Below, piece by piece: positions 19,703 to 29,096 of a stretch of 64,000 nucleotides of DNA. How positions within the stretch are numbered: position 1 is the first letter of the stretch; every line of letters starts with the position of its first letter. The notes beneath the pieces are model-generated. The model worked only from the letters and a program-made list of their open reading frames with translations. It was not told the origin of the DNA and did no database searches. The translations under genes and the position numbers were made by a program. The DNA comes from Bdellovibrionota bacterium (GTDB taxonomy: Bacteria > Bdellovibrionota > Bdellovibrionia > Bdellovibrionales > UBA840): positions 2,648-66,647 of the forward strand of contig JAYZXX010000009.1 in NCBI GenBank assembly GCA_036140815.1. Direction: 5' to 3'.

Positions 19703-20110
19703 ATGAAGAAAATGATTCTAATCTTTTGTTGTCTAGTATTTTCAAGCCTAAACTTACAGGCTCAAACCGAACAAGCCAACTCACAAAAAAGAACCAGAGA
19801 ATTTATCATGAGCTGCACTTACGGAGTATTAACTGGTACATTAATTGGTGCAGCCTCACTAGCCTTTTCAGATAGCCCCGGTGATAACCTACACCGCATT
19901 GCCAGAGGCGCATCCCTTGGTCTTTACGCTGGAATCGCACTCGGCTACTACATAATGAACTTAGATGAAAATCCTGAAGTAATCGATCCACTTCAATACC
20001 CTGCTGGCGATATCCCACCGCCTCTTGAAGGTAACTTTCAAGTTTTACCCAAATTTGAACAAGCTAAACTCGATGGGATTGAATTGAAATTTCAATTAAT
20101 GAAATTCTAA
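19703..20110 (+). CDS. Small secreted/membrane protein with glycine-zipper segment
   Basis: Signal peptide MKKMILIFCCLVFSSLNLQA. Glycine-zipper segments GVLTGTLIGAASLAF and GASLGLYAGIALGYY. Ends in ...LMKF. It begins 7 nt after lptD. Confidence 0.45.
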   Translation: MKKMILIFCCLVFSSLNLQAQTEQANSQKRTREFIMSCTYGVLTGTLIGAASLAFSDSPGDNLHRIARGASLGLYAGIALGYYIMNLDENPEVIDPLQYPAGDIPPPLEGNFQVLPKFEQAKLDGIELKFQLMKF

Positions 20111-20793
20111 TTTCTCAGTTCAACATACTTCTTCGCCTGAGATATCACTTCAACAGAGGCTGTGATTTTAGAGTTCAATACAGCAACTATTTTTTGTTTC
20201 TCAACCTGACTACGATTTGAATTTTGAACCTTTCTAATTTCATATTTTAAATCTTCAATTTGCCCTGGCGCGTGTTTAACTACGTATCTAGCGATTCTAG
20301 CAAAACGAGGTGTTAGCGCGTAAAATCCTTCCGAGAATCCTGTGACATTTACCTCAATGATATGCCTAGAATTCTTGACTATTGAATATAGCCTATTCAC
20401 CTCTGTTAACAAATATTGAGGCTTCCCAAGTCTTAAAATATCTTGCTTAATTCTTGCGATTTGATTCAAAGATCTAGTATAATCCTCCATTGACCTTTCA
20501 TCGATCAATTCTAGGAGCAAAAAACTAAATTTCATCTTTATATATTGTTCATCAAAGTGACAATTGCTAGCCTCTTTACGACACTGACTAAGCATCTGAT
20601 GCACATTTTTCTCATATCTGTCCATTAATTTTAATTTGTGCTTATTCCAGCTATATCTTTTATTAGACCACTCCTCTAGCTGTTTAATATCCTCTAAAAC
20701 AGAACTCTCATCCATTGCCGACAAGCTCAAAGAGAATATCATTAAAGAAAAAATAGAAATTATAATTTTAAAAACCGTCTTAGATTGTTTCAT
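20107..20793 (-). CDS. Secreted hypothetical protein
   Basis: ATG at 20793 is preceded by GAGGGAGGG. Signal peptide MKQSKTVFKIIISIFSLMIFSLSLSA. Confidence 0.5.
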   Translation of the reverse strand: MKQSKTVFKIIISIFSLMIFSLSLSAMDESSVLEDIKQLEEWSNKRYSWNKHKLKLMDRYEKNVHQMLSQCRKEASNCHFDEQYIKMKFSFLLLELIDERSMEDYTRSLNQIARIKQDILRLGKPQYLLTEVNRLYSIVKNSRHIIEVNVTGFSEGFYALTPRFARIARYVVKHAPGQIEDLKYEIRKVQNSNRSQVEKQKIVAVLNSKITASVEVISQAKKYVELRN

Positions 20794-20935
20794 TTGCCCT
20801 CCCTCAAATAGAAAACTCCCCTCTAAGTAAAGCAAATAAGGTGCCATCCCTTCTTCAAATATTTTTGATCTGAGCCAAATTAAATTTTACATAGAAAATA
20901 AAAAAATGGCTAAAGGCCTTAAATTACGTATTTTT

Positions 20936-20972
20936 TAGAAAAAGACAGTTTTAAAAGCCTTAGACACTGTCT
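20936..20972 (-). terminator. Rho-independent terminator closing the rSAM operon
   Basis: The 7-bp stem AGACAGT (20943-20949) pairs with ACTGTCT (20966-20972). On the minus strand it is followed by TTTTTCT. Confidence 0.5.
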
Positions 20973-21048
20973 CAAAACATTCTTCTCAAAAATTGAAATA
21001 GATTTGAGTGATCCAGAAATAAAAAATCTCAAAATGATACCTAAAGAT

Positions 21049-22458
21049 TTAAAAAGTTATTTGAGAGTCCAATAGCTCAGAGTATTCATCAATTGTATCC
21101 ACATCCGAATAGACTCGCTTGGATTCCGATAGCCTACCTTGTTTTTTGAGAGCTGCAGCAAAACGTTCACCAGTCTCATTCACTGAATAAGGAATTGAAG
21201 TCCACAAGCTTTGACCTAGAACTTTCCTACCCGCAAACAAATAGTAGCCACCATCACTAGCATATCCAATATGGAAATCGGAACCTTTTCTCAAGGCGTG
21301 AATTGCTTCCTCTAAATCTGAAATGCTAATTTGCGGAGTATCGGCGCCAAGAAAAATAATTTGATCAAATTCAGTCTTTAATTGTTTGTACATATGGTGC
21401 AGACGATCCCCTAAGGCTCCGGCACTTTGTAGTTTCACAGGAAAACTACTCCATAGTGAGTGTTTTAGAGCCTGTTCTTCTGCGACTGCCCAAAAAGGAA
21501 AAATACCCAAGCTTTTTTGGGCATCTAAAAGTGTGGATTCAATTTTTTTACAGCTCAATACATGAAAAGATTCGGCTTTCAGTTTTCCAAGGCCTTTTGC
21601 CAGACGAGTCTTTAAAGGACTAAGACCGGGAGTTTTTACAAAAACAACTACCGCTGTTTTCTCATCAGTCTCAACAGCTTCCTTTAAAACTTCCTGCTCA
21701 TTGCCTTGTTCGAAATCAACTAACTCAGCACCCTTTAATAAAAATTGCCCCATGTATGGTATGGCTTGCTTGAATCCAAGAAAAATCCTTTGAAAACATA
21801 GCTTCAACCAGTTACGACCATAGGCCCTTCCCGCAGTAGAAATGCTGTGTGAAAAAGACTTCCACTTTCCACCAGATAAAACAAAACGCCAAACAAAATC
21901 ATGATCTTCGCCATAAGCTAGATTTTCTAAGAAACTTCCCAGCTCAATAAAGCTAGTTCGCGGAATCAAAAGAGCTTGATCCCCATAAATCATCCCTAAC
22001 AGCTTACAACGTAAATTAGCCCAAAAGCTAATAAACTTAAAATGATTTCCATGACTACTAAAACCCAATGGAAAGTACCAAGCCGTATTGACTTGCACTT
22101 TTTTATTTAACAATTGATATAGCTCTTGCCAATTTTTTCCTGATATACGTGTATCCACATGAACAAACCACAAGTAAGAGGAGTTTTTGCTCAAACTAGC
22201 CGCTGCATTCATTTGAATTGCTCTGCCCGGACCAGCCTGAACATATTGAAATCGATTTCCTGCTTTTTCTAAAATTTGATTTAAACTATAAGTAATCTCT
22301 TCACTCATCTCCATATGAAATTTTTTAAAACTTTTCGGACTTGATAAAATTAATTCAAATGGAAAAGGACAATTTCTAAGATCATAGAAGAGGGAACTCA
22401 AATAGCCCTCTTCTTCTGGCAAAAAAGGAACGATAATACTGATCGAACTCGTTAACAT
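21049..22458 (-). CDS. Fusion protein: GT2-type 'transferase 2, rSAM/selenodomain-associated' (N-terminal) plus DUF2064 'transferase 1, rSAM/selenodomain-associated' (C-terminal)
   Basis: N-terminal half: ISIIVPFLPEEEG, QAGPGRAIQMNAAAS and YLWFVHVDTRI, a GT2 layout matching my recollection of TIGR04283. C-terminal half: AVVVFVKTPGLSPLKTRLAKGLG, IIFLGADTPQISISDLEEA, ASDGGYYLFAG and WTSIPYSVNET, matching DUF2064/TIGR04282, a CofC/MobA-like nucleotidyltransferase fold. Confidence 0.75.
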   Translation of the reverse strand: MLTSSISIIVPFLPEEEGYLSSLFYDLRNCPFPFELILSSPKSFKKFHMEMSEEITYSLNQILEKAGNRFQYVQAGPGRAIQMNAAASLSKNSSYLWFVHVDTRISGKNWQELYQLLNKKVQVNTAWYFPLGFSSHGNHFKFISFWANLRCKLLGMIYGDQALLIPRTSFIELGSFLENLAYGEDHDFVWRFVLSGGKWKSFSHSISTAGRAYGRNWLKLCFQRIFLGFKQAIPYMGQFLLKGAELVDFEQGNEQEVLKEAVETDEKTAVVVFVKTPGLSPLKTRLAKGLGKLKAESFHVLSCKKIESTLLDAQKSLGIFPFWAVAEEQALKHSLWSSFPVKLQSAGALGDRLHHMYKQLKTEFDQIIFLGADTPQISISDLEEAIHALRKGSDFHIGYASDGGYYLFAGRKVLGQSLWTSIPYSVNETGERFAAALKKQGRLSESKRVYSDVDTIDEYSELLDSQITF

Positions 22459-22459
22459 A

Positions 22460-23299
22460 TTATCTACTCAATACTTCAAATAACTTTCTTTTCTCTTCGG
22501 ACATGGCCTCAATTGGAGTCATCACACTAGATTTTAAAATCTGGCGAAAATCAGACTGCGACTCATCCCACTCCAGTTCAAAAAGTTTTAACAATAATTT
22601 TTTAGCTCGACTGATACTTTGACCAAATTGCTGCAACACCTGCTCAACGCTGACAAATTCTTTTTCGCTTCTCCAACAATCGTAGTCCGTTGCAACAGCC
22701 ATGGTGCAATAAGCCATTTGCGCTTCTTTTGCTAAAAAGGCCTCTGGGGTATTGGTCATACCAACTAAGTCAGCGCCCCATTGACGAAATAGATGACTTT
22801 CCGCCTGAGTTCCCAACCTAGGACCTTCCACACAAATATAAGTTTTAGCCTCATGAATCCTTTCACCAGCAAGTTCGGCAGCTTTTGCTATTTGCTTCGC
22901 TAACAAACGACAGGTAGGATTCGCCGTTGAAATATGAGCAGCAATGCCATCACCAAAAAAACTAGCGTCTCTATTTTTGGTAAAATCAATGTATTGATCC
23001 ACAATAGAAAAGTCTCCTGGGGCAATTTCATCTCGTAAACTTCCCACCGCTGAAATAGAAACAATACTGGTAACACCAACACTTTTTAAAGAATAAATAT
23101 TGGCTTTGAAATTGATTTCACTTGGAAGGTATTTATGACCACTTCCATGCCTAGGCAGAAAAGCAATTTTCTTCCCCTTATATTCTCCAATAACAACTGG
23201 ACTACTAGCTTTACCAAATGGGGTATCCACCCATTTCTCTTGTTTATTTTCGATTTCGTCCATGGAATAAAAACCAGAACCGCCGATGACACCTAACAT
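22460..23299 (-). CDS. mtnP: S-methyl-5'-thioadenosine phosphorylase family protein (MTAP/MtnP-type nucleoside phosphorylase)
   Basis: MLGVIGGSGFY...VDTPFGKASSPVVIGEYKGKKIAFLPRHGSGHKYLPSEINFKANIYSLKSVGVTSIVSISAVGSLRDEIAPGDFSIVDQYIDFT...GMTNTPEAFLAKEAQMAYCTMAVATDYDCW is near-canonical MTAP. Confidence 0.9.
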   Translation of the reverse strand: MLGVIGGSGFYSMDEIENKQEKWVDTPFGKASSPVVIGEYKGKKIAFLPRHGSGHKYLPSEINFKANIYSLKSVGVTSIVSISAVGSLRDEIAPGDFSIVDQYIDFTKNRDASFFGDGIAAHISTANPTCRLLAKQIAKAAELAGERIHEAKTYICVEGPRLGTQAESHLFRQWGADLVGMTNTPEAFLAKEAQMAYCTMAVATDYDCWRSEKEFVSVEQVLQQFGQSISRAKKLLLKLFELEWDESQSDFRQILKSSVMTPIEAMSEEKRKLFEVLSR

Positions 23300-23313
23300 A
23301 TTAATCCCCTAAT

Positions 23314-24390
23314 TTAAGTAGTTGCTCCACCGCAAGAGCTTCCTGCACCTGCAGTACAACCATAACAATGATTCTCAGTAGCAAATTCTTTAAAATCAAA
23401 CTCCGCTAGACTGCGAATGTTCCAAATGCTTTTATCTGCTCCCGATTGTGGAATCTCTAGCATTTGATTAAAATCACAATCATAAATTTTTCCATCATAA
23501 CCGATAGAAACCAGATCTCGACACATCAGATTTTTAGCCGCCATTGGATTAAAGTTATCCACCAAAACCTGCATATACTCTTCCAGCTTACCTTGTTTTT
23601 CTAAATCGTCTAAAAACCTTTTGATTGGCATATTTGTAATAGTAAACAACTCATTGAATTCAACATCGATTTCGTCTTTCAAGCGCTTCTTATACTCTTG
23701 TTGAAGTGTGGCTTGATTTGGAGGTAAGAAAGCACCACCTGGATTGTAAACTAAATCTAACTTTAAGCCCGTTCCCTCTTTGCCGTAGCCTAAACCATTT
23801 AAAATCCTTAAAGCCTCAACTGATTTATTAAAAACCCCTCGCCCTCTTTGCGCATCCACATTCTCTTTAGAGTAACAAGGAAGAGAGGCGACGATGTGTA
23901 AACGTTGGTCTCTGAAAAACAGAGCCGTGTCTTCTTGCCCTGGTTCAAACAGAATCGTAAGGTTACAACGAACAATCACCTCTTTCCCTAACTTTCTTAA
24001 TGATTTTACAAAATATCGAAAATTAGGATTCATCTCTGGAGCACCGCCAGTAATATCTATTAACTTGATTGCAGGATTATTTTCAACCAACTCGATCAAT
24101 CTCTCTACAGTGTTCATAGACATATTTTCAGTACGAGTAGGACTGGATTCTACATGGCAATGATGGCAAGCCTGATTACACAGCTTACCAATATTAACTT
24201 GCAAAGTGCTAACGCGATTTCGCTTTAAGTTTAATGAATTCTCACGCATGGTTTCAGAAAAGTTTTTGAAGTTTTTAATCTTTTCTTTTCCCATTTGCTC
24301 GCGAATTTGTTTTTTTGTGTTTTCTTTTTCCACAGCGAGGACTCCCCTATAGAGATAAGTGCGATTTGGATGGATTCTATTACAAAGCAT
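23314..24390 (-). CDS. arsS: ArsS-type radical SAM/Cys-rich domain protein (TIGR04167-like; Cys rather than Sec form)
   Basis: LQVNIGKLCNQACHHCHV carries the CxxxCxxC cluster. ITGGAPEMNPNF is also present. The C-terminal Cys-rich tail is NHCYGCTAGAGSSCGGATT. The start is uncertain: maximal ORF at 24390, GTG at 24333 with GGGGAG 8 nt upstream, or ATG at 24294. Confidence 0.8.
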   Translation of the reverse strand: MLCNRIHPNRTYLYRGVLAVEKENTKKQIREQMGKEKIKNFKNFSETMRENSLNLKRNRVSTLQVNIGKLCNQACHHCHVESSPTRTENMSMNTVERLIELVENNPAIKLIDITGGAPEMNPNFRYFVKSLRKLGKEVIVRCNLTILFEPGQEDTALFFRDQRLHIVASLPCYSKENVDAQRGRGVFNKSVEALRILNGLGYGKEGTGLKLDLVYNPGGAFLPPNQATLQQEYKKRLKDEIDVEFNELFTITNMPIKRFLDDLEKQGKLEEYMQVLVDNFNPMAAKNLMCRDLVSIGYDGKIYDCDFNQMLEIPQSGADKSIWNIRSLAEFDFKEFATENHCYGCTAGAGSSCGGATT

Positions 24391-24395
24391 TGCAT

Positions 24396-24438
24396 AAAAA
24401 AAAGCTAGGAGAAATCAAAAGATTTCCTCTAGCTTTTT
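24396..24438 (-). terminator. Rho-independent terminator after the MCP gene, immediately upstream of the rSAM operon
   Basis: The stem AGCTAGGAGAAATC (24403-24416) pairs with GATTTCCTCTAGCT (24421-24434), with a 2-nt internal mismatch and an AAAA loop. It is flanked by an A8 run, which reads as T8 on the minus strand. Confidence 0.75.
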
Positions 24439-24463
24439 AGCTTTTGTTTAATTTTTAAAAACT

Positions 24464-27085
24464 TTATGCCGCTTTGTTTATTTTTTGATCATGTTGTTCA
24501 ATTGTGAAGTACTCCACCAGGCTATTTAATTTTTCAGCAAGACTCTCTAAGCTTTGTGCTGCCATTTTAGTTTCAGCAGCTCCCTCGTCAGTAGTTCGCG
24601 CTAGGCTTAGCACTTCTGTTAGGTTTTCTCTTATCACTTGTACGGATTGATTTACCCGACTGATACTGTTACTCATCTCAGCAGTCACCGAACTTTGCTC
24701 CTCCACGGCACTGGCAATGGATGAAGAGGCCTCGTCAATGTTTCCAACCAAAGTAGCACTTTTGTTTAAGGCGTCTGCCACTGCTGAGGTACTATTTTGG
24801 ATAAACTCAATTTTTGTACGAATTTCTTCAGTAGCTGTACTGGTTTGACCTGCTAACTCTTTCACCTCGCTCGCCACTACGGCAAATCCCTTACCAGCTT
24901 CACCCGCTCTAGCGGCCTCGATGGTTGCATTGAGCGCCAATAAATTTGTCTGCGAAGAAATAGAACTAATTATTTTAACAAACTCGGCAATTTCTTCGGA
25001 GCGTTTAATCAGTTCATTTAATTTCTTTTGAGCTTCGTTGGACTCTACCACCGCTTCATTTGCCAATTTAGCTGCGCTCACCGTACTACGGTTTACGTCC
25101 TTAAAGCTCTCTTGTAGCTGATCTGAACTAATATTAACTTCGTTAATTGCTGTGGCAACGGACTCCGCCGAATCATTTACCAAAGTCGTTTTATCCACAG
25201 TTAGTTTTGAATTAGCTCCCATTTGCCCTGCATATTCATTTAAGTTACTGGAAGAAGAGCCCAAGATCCCAGCGCTTTTTTTGATGTTTTGCAACCTTGA
25301 CTTCAGATCATCAAAAAATGACTTTAATCCCTCACCAACTTTACCAATAGCGTCACTCCCAGCCACAGTCACTTCGCTGCTTAGATCACCCGATTTTGAG
25401 GCTTCAACCACTTGTAAAATTTGGTCAACCTTAAATTGCAGTTCTTTCGCATTTTTAATCTGCTCCATCCCCAGTCTTTCTGCTTCCACTTTGGCAATGT
25501 CAGCTTCTTTGGCCGATTTTTCAGCATTTACCAAAGCTAACTGAGCCTCTTTCGCTGCTTGCTCCGCTTTCTCCAAAGCTTCTTTTTCTCTTTCTTTTTG
25601 TCTCTTTACATCATTCCAATCCACTCGATCGGCAGAAAAAACACCGCGTAGAGTCTCTAGGGTATTTTGTAATGAGCTAAGCATTTGCCCAACTTCATCT
25701 TTAGATTTTGCCACCACATCCGATTGAAGGCTTCCATTTGCCAGAGCTTCAATTGCTCTTGCAACACTTCGTATTGGACCGGAGATTTGCCCGGAGATAA
25801 AAATACTTAATAGGACGACCGCCAAAATGGAAAGTCCCATAACCAAAACATTGTCTTTTATCATTGAACCAACAGAAGAAAGAGCTTCACTAGCATTAAT
25901 TTCAGAGACCAAAACCCATTTCAAAGCATTAAATTCAAACTTAGTGTAGGCACCGATCACATCTTCACCCAGATGATTCTTGTATTCTGCAACCCCAGTA
26001 TGGCCCGCCAAAGAAGATTGAACCCCTTGCGAATTTACTTCGACACTTAACATAGGCGAGTACTGTGCCTTCGCAACTTTTATATCACTGCTTGACTCAT
26101 CAATTCTCTTTAAATAAGCCTCAAGATCATTTTCAAAAAAGCGATCCGTGGAACGCATTTTTTTATCAGCCCCAACCAAATACACCTGACCCGTTTTGCC
26201 GTAACCAGTCTTTTCCCACTCACGATCATTGGTCATTATTTCATTCAATTGATCTATGTTAAGTTGAAAAACTAGAGTTGCTATATTCTTACCATCTACA
26301 AAAATTGGTGAAGCCGCGAACATAGATGGGTAATCATAAGAAGATGGAAAACGCTCCACTTCCGAAAAAAACACTTCCTTAGAATCATCTGCGGATTTGG
26401 CTTGTTCCCAAACTTTATACAAGCCTGTTTTCTCATAAAGGTTGCCTTTAATTTTTTTTGCGAAGTCCGCCTCTTTAAAAACAGAATACAAAACACGATT
26501 ATCTGAATTTCCAATGATATAAATGTCATTATAGCCAAACTGTTTTTGATAGTTTTTGAAGAAGCCATGATAATAGGCGTGTTCATCAGAATAACTACTA
26601 CCGTCATCCGCTTTCATAAGATCACTGCGTATCTGACTTTGGTTATTTACTCTATAATGGTATTGTAAATAGTCAGTATAAAGATCATTGCCCTCGGATA
26701 ACAATGTACTATCTTTTGTTAAACCGTCATTTGCATCGGCATAAGCCTTAGTGAAGACCTCTTTCATATATTTAATATTTTTTTCTTTTATCTCTTGAAG
26801 ATTTGTATCCTTAAACTCAAACTCATTCATGGAAACACTAAAAGCTCTTGCCGCCTCTTGAGAAACCGAACTATCGGAGATCACTCCTACCTGCTTTTTA
26901 ACGGTGTTTAGAAAGAATTTTAATTCCTGCTTTTTAGAATCTCTAAGCGCCGTCACCTTTTCTTCAGCTGCATTCTCTAATGCTGACTCTGAAATCATAA
27001 CTGAAACAAAAAACAAAACAAACAGTGGCAAAACACTTGCCCCTAAAAAAGATAACATTAACTTCGCTTTTAAATTGAGATTCAT
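24464..27085 (-). CDS. Methyl-accepting chemotaxis protein with large periplasmic (Cache-like) sensor, HAMP domain and extended coiled coil
   Basis: N-terminal TM, roughly 380-aa periplasmic region, second TM ([20 protein letters not shown]), then HAMP. The signalling hairpin is [37 protein letters not shown]. Confidence 0.9.
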   Translation of the reverse strand: MNLNLKAKLMLSFLGASVLPLFVLFFVSVMISESALENAAEEKVTALRDSKKQELKFFLNTVKKQVGVISDSSVSQEAARAFSVSMNEFEFKDTNLQEIKEKNIKYMKEVFTKAYADANDGLTKDSTLLSEGNDLYTDYLQYHYRVNNQSQIRSDLMKADDGSSYSDEHAYYHGFFKNYQKQFGYNDIYIIGNSDNRVLYSVFKEADFAKKIKGNLYEKTGLYKVWEQAKSADDSKEVFFSEVERFPSSYDYPSMFAASPIFVDGKNIATLVFQLNIDQLNEIMTNDREWEKTGYGKTGQVYLVGADKKMRSTDRFFENDLEAYLKRIDESSSDIKVAKAQYSPMLSVEVNSQGVQSSLAGHTGVAEYKNHLGEDVIGAYTKFEFNALKWVLVSEINASEALSSVGSMIKDNVLVMGLSILAVVLLSIFISGQISGPIRSVARAIEALANGSLQSDVVAKSKDEVGQMLSSLQNTLETLRGVFSADRVDWNDVKRQKEREKEALEKAEQAAKEAQLALVNAEKSAKEADIAKVEAERLGMEQIKNAKELQFKVDQILQVVEASKSGDLSSEVTVAGSDAIGKVGEGLKSFFDDLKSRLQNIKKSAGILGSSSSNLNEYAGQMGANSKLTVDKTTLVNDSAESVATAINEVNISSDQLQESFKDVNRSTVSAAKLANEAVVESNEAQKKLNELIKRSEEIAEFVKIISSISSQTNLLALNATIEAARAGEAGKGFAVVASEVKELAGQTSTATEEIRTKIEFIQNSTSAVADALNKSATLVGNIDEASSSIASAVEEQSSVTAEMSNSISRVNQSVQVIRENLTEVLSLARTTDEGAAETKMAAQSLESLAEKLNSLVEYFTIEQHDQKINKAA

Positions 27086-27178
27086 AGCTTCCCCAAACCT
27101 TTTTACTTTATAAATGCTTAAAATAAATCGGTTTTTCCTGTTTGAAGCTTTAGGCCTCGCTAGACCTTAATGAAAGTT

Positions 27179-27865
27179 TTATGAACGATATAGACTATCA
27201 AAAAATGGAGACAGCTCCGCATCGACCAAGGTCTTGGATTCTAATAAACCCCAACTTACCCTGGTAAAATACCTAGCTACCAAGTCTTGGTAAATTCGAT
27301 CCGGCCGTTTTTTCGCCCAAGGGTCCTTAAAGTCACTTTGCAATTTTAACTTTTGATAATCTTCTCGACTTGGAACATGAAGGTAAATAAATCGACAAGA
27401 ATAAGAAAGTCGTTCAAAAATCTGTTCAAGATCTTCATCTTGAACATATTGTAAAACCGAATTGCAAATTCCCAAATCAAAAGCCTTTTTAGGTGGAACA
27501 ATTTGAGACAGTTCTTTATGTTGCAGGTCAATGTTCCAGTCTTTCACCCATTTCTGTTTTTGTAATTCGTTAAATGCATATTCAGAACTATCTAAGGCCA
27601 TAACCCTTGACGGTCTAAATAACTTAAGCGTTTCATATAGGAGTTTGCCTTTACCAAAGCCAAAATCAGCGACAGAACTTACGTTTGCCTCTACTAGACT
27701 TAATATTTGAAATAGATAGCGCGCATGACTTTTAGCGTTATAGTCCCCGTCTATCAATTCAGATTTTGCATAAATTTTATCGAAGTAATCTTTTTCCAAA
27801 CTCATAGAAATTAACGCCCTGTGAATATCATTTCTTTTACAAAAAGTATTGAGATAGTCTAGCAT
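27179..27865 (-). CDS. Class I SAM-dependent methyltransferase (substrate unknown)
   Basis: Motif I-like VADFGFGKGKLL. Downstream acidic residue at ALDSS. Motif FDLGICNSVLQYV. Confidence 0.6.
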   Translation of the reverse strand: MLDYLNTFCKRNDIHRALISMSLEKDYFDKIYAKSELIDGDYNAKSHARYLFQILSLVEANVSSVADFGFGKGKLLYETLKLFRPSRVMALDSSEYAFNELQKQKWVKDWNIDLQHKELSQIVPPKKAFDLGICNSVLQYVQDEDLEQIFERLSYSCRFIYLHVPSREDYQKLKLQSDFKDPWAKKRPDRIYQDLVARYFTRVSWGLLESKTLVDAELSPFFDSLYRS

Positions 27866-27904
27866 TAATCTTGTTAGGGAAGAATAATAATTTAGGGGGA
27901 CGCA

Positions 27905-28279
27905 TTGAAAGCATTCATTCTTTTTACAATTAGTTGTGTTTTAGGCCTAAGCGCTTTTTCACAAACCGGCGACCAAATTTACAGAGCTTTTGGACAAATC
28001 CATTTCGAAAGAACTCTAATTAGCTGTGAAGTTCAAAATAACTTAGCATTCGAAGACGCCATTGTTCGCAAGATCACCTTTGATTTAATCTGTGAAGACC
28101 CTTATGGTCGACCTTATAACGAACTTCATACGATTCGCTGTGGTGAAGATTTCGAAAACTGTGAAATTCCTAACAACGATTATGAAATTTACGAAGGACC
28201 TAACTATCGTATTTGTCATCGAGTTGTAGCTGCCAGATGCCCTTTTACCTACACCATCATTGAAGACGAACAGCCCTAA
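27905..28279 (+). CDS. Small secreted cysteine-rich protein
   Basis: TTG start with GGGGGA upstream. Signal peptide MKAFILFTISCVLGLSAFS. The mature part contains seven Cys residues. Confidence 0.5.
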   Translation: MKAFILFTISCVLGLSAFSQTGDQIYRAFGQIHFERTLISCEVQNNLAFEDAIVRKITFDLICEDPYGRPYNELHTIRCGEDFENCEIPNNDYEIYEGPNYRICHRVVAARCPFTYTIIEDEQP

Positions 28280-28340
28280 TAGCCTAAGCCATATGGCACT
28301 TTAAAGCTTACCGATTCACCTTTAATTTCTTTAAGACATA

Positions 28341-28370
28341 AAAAACCTCAGTCAGTGGCTGAGGTTTTTT
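28341..28370. terminator. Bidirectional rho-independent terminator between convergent genes
   Basis: AAAAACCTCAG-tcagtgg-CTGAGGTTTTTT forms a perfect GC-containing stem, flanked by an A-run on one side and a T-run on the other. Confidence 0.8.
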
Positions 28371-28390
28371 AACATTAAAATATCTATTTT

Positions 28391-29086
28391 CTACAATAAA
28401 CTTGTTTCATAAAGAAATGGAAAGGTTGTACTTTCAAGTTGAACCTGTTTCATATCTTTGATCCAAACTTTGTTCGGTGCATCCCAACGAAATCCCGCAT
28501 CTTTCGCTTTACTTCTCTCATCATAACTAACAATCGCCTGAACACGAACAGTAGGTGATTTACTTAACTCTACCACTTCATTCCAATCATAGTTGGACAC
28601 AACTTCCATCATCGTTAAAACATCAAAAAGGGCTCTATGAGAAAATGGATTTAAAAACTTATGCTCAGTCGCTAAATAGGTAAGTTTTCTCGTTTTAACA
28701 TCATCACGATATGGAACATCATGAAGTGTATCAATCCAAGGAATATCCATTTGCAGGTCGTATCTTGCCATAGCTCTTTCAATAAAAATTTTATCAAATT
28801 GAGGGCCGTTATGGGCAACAACATACTCGCATCTTTCGGCAAGCTCTAACATTTCATTCACAGCCGTTAACTCAGAGATTCCAAACTCACGTAAATGCTT
28901 CTGTTCAATTCCAGTAAGCTCGATGATTTCCTCTTCCAGTTGACGAGGACCAATGTTGATTAGACGATTCATCATGCTTACAGGCTTATTTTCTCTAGTG
29001 TCCCAGACCACAGCACCAAGTTCGATAATTTGGTCTCTCTCTGGGCTTAATCCAGTAGTTTCTAAATCCAAACCTAAAACATACAT
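28391..29086 (-). CDS. DEDD-family 3'-5' exonuclease (DnaQ-like) with C-terminal DUF5710-like domain
   Basis: ExoI: LGLDLETTGL. ExoII: VVAHNGPQFDKIF. ExoIII: HRALFDVLTMMEV. The C-terminal AKDAGFRWDAPNKVWIKDM resembles the DUF5710 motif. Confidence 0.8.
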   Translation of the reverse strand: MYVLGLDLETTGLSPERDQIIELGAVVWDTRENKPVSMMNRLINIGPRQLEEEIIELTGIEQKHLREFGISELTAVNEMLELAERCEYVVAHNGPQFDKIFIERAMARYDLQMDIPWIDTLHDVPYRDDVKTRKLTYLATEHKFLNPFSHRALFDVLTMMEVVSNYDWNEVVELSKSPTVRVQAIVSYDERSKAKDAGFRWDAPNKVWIKDMKQVQLESTTFPFLYETSLL

Positions 29087-29096
29087 AAATTTCTCC

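Noticed and set aside
19703-20110. Considered whether the small ORF right after lptD is LptE.
   Set aside because: - It has no lipobox cysteine after the signal peptide (…SLNLQA-QTEQ).
- It has glycine-zipper TM-like segments rather than an LptE-like fold pattern.
- lptE is normally not linked to lptD.
27179-27865. Considered whether the nearby class I methyltransferase is ArsM, partnering the ArsS-type enzyme.
   Set aside because: - It is separated from the rSAM operon by a chemoreceptor gene and a terminator.
- It is only 228 aa and lacks the conserved cysteine pairs I would expect for As(III) binding.
- Nothing in the sequence supports the assignment.
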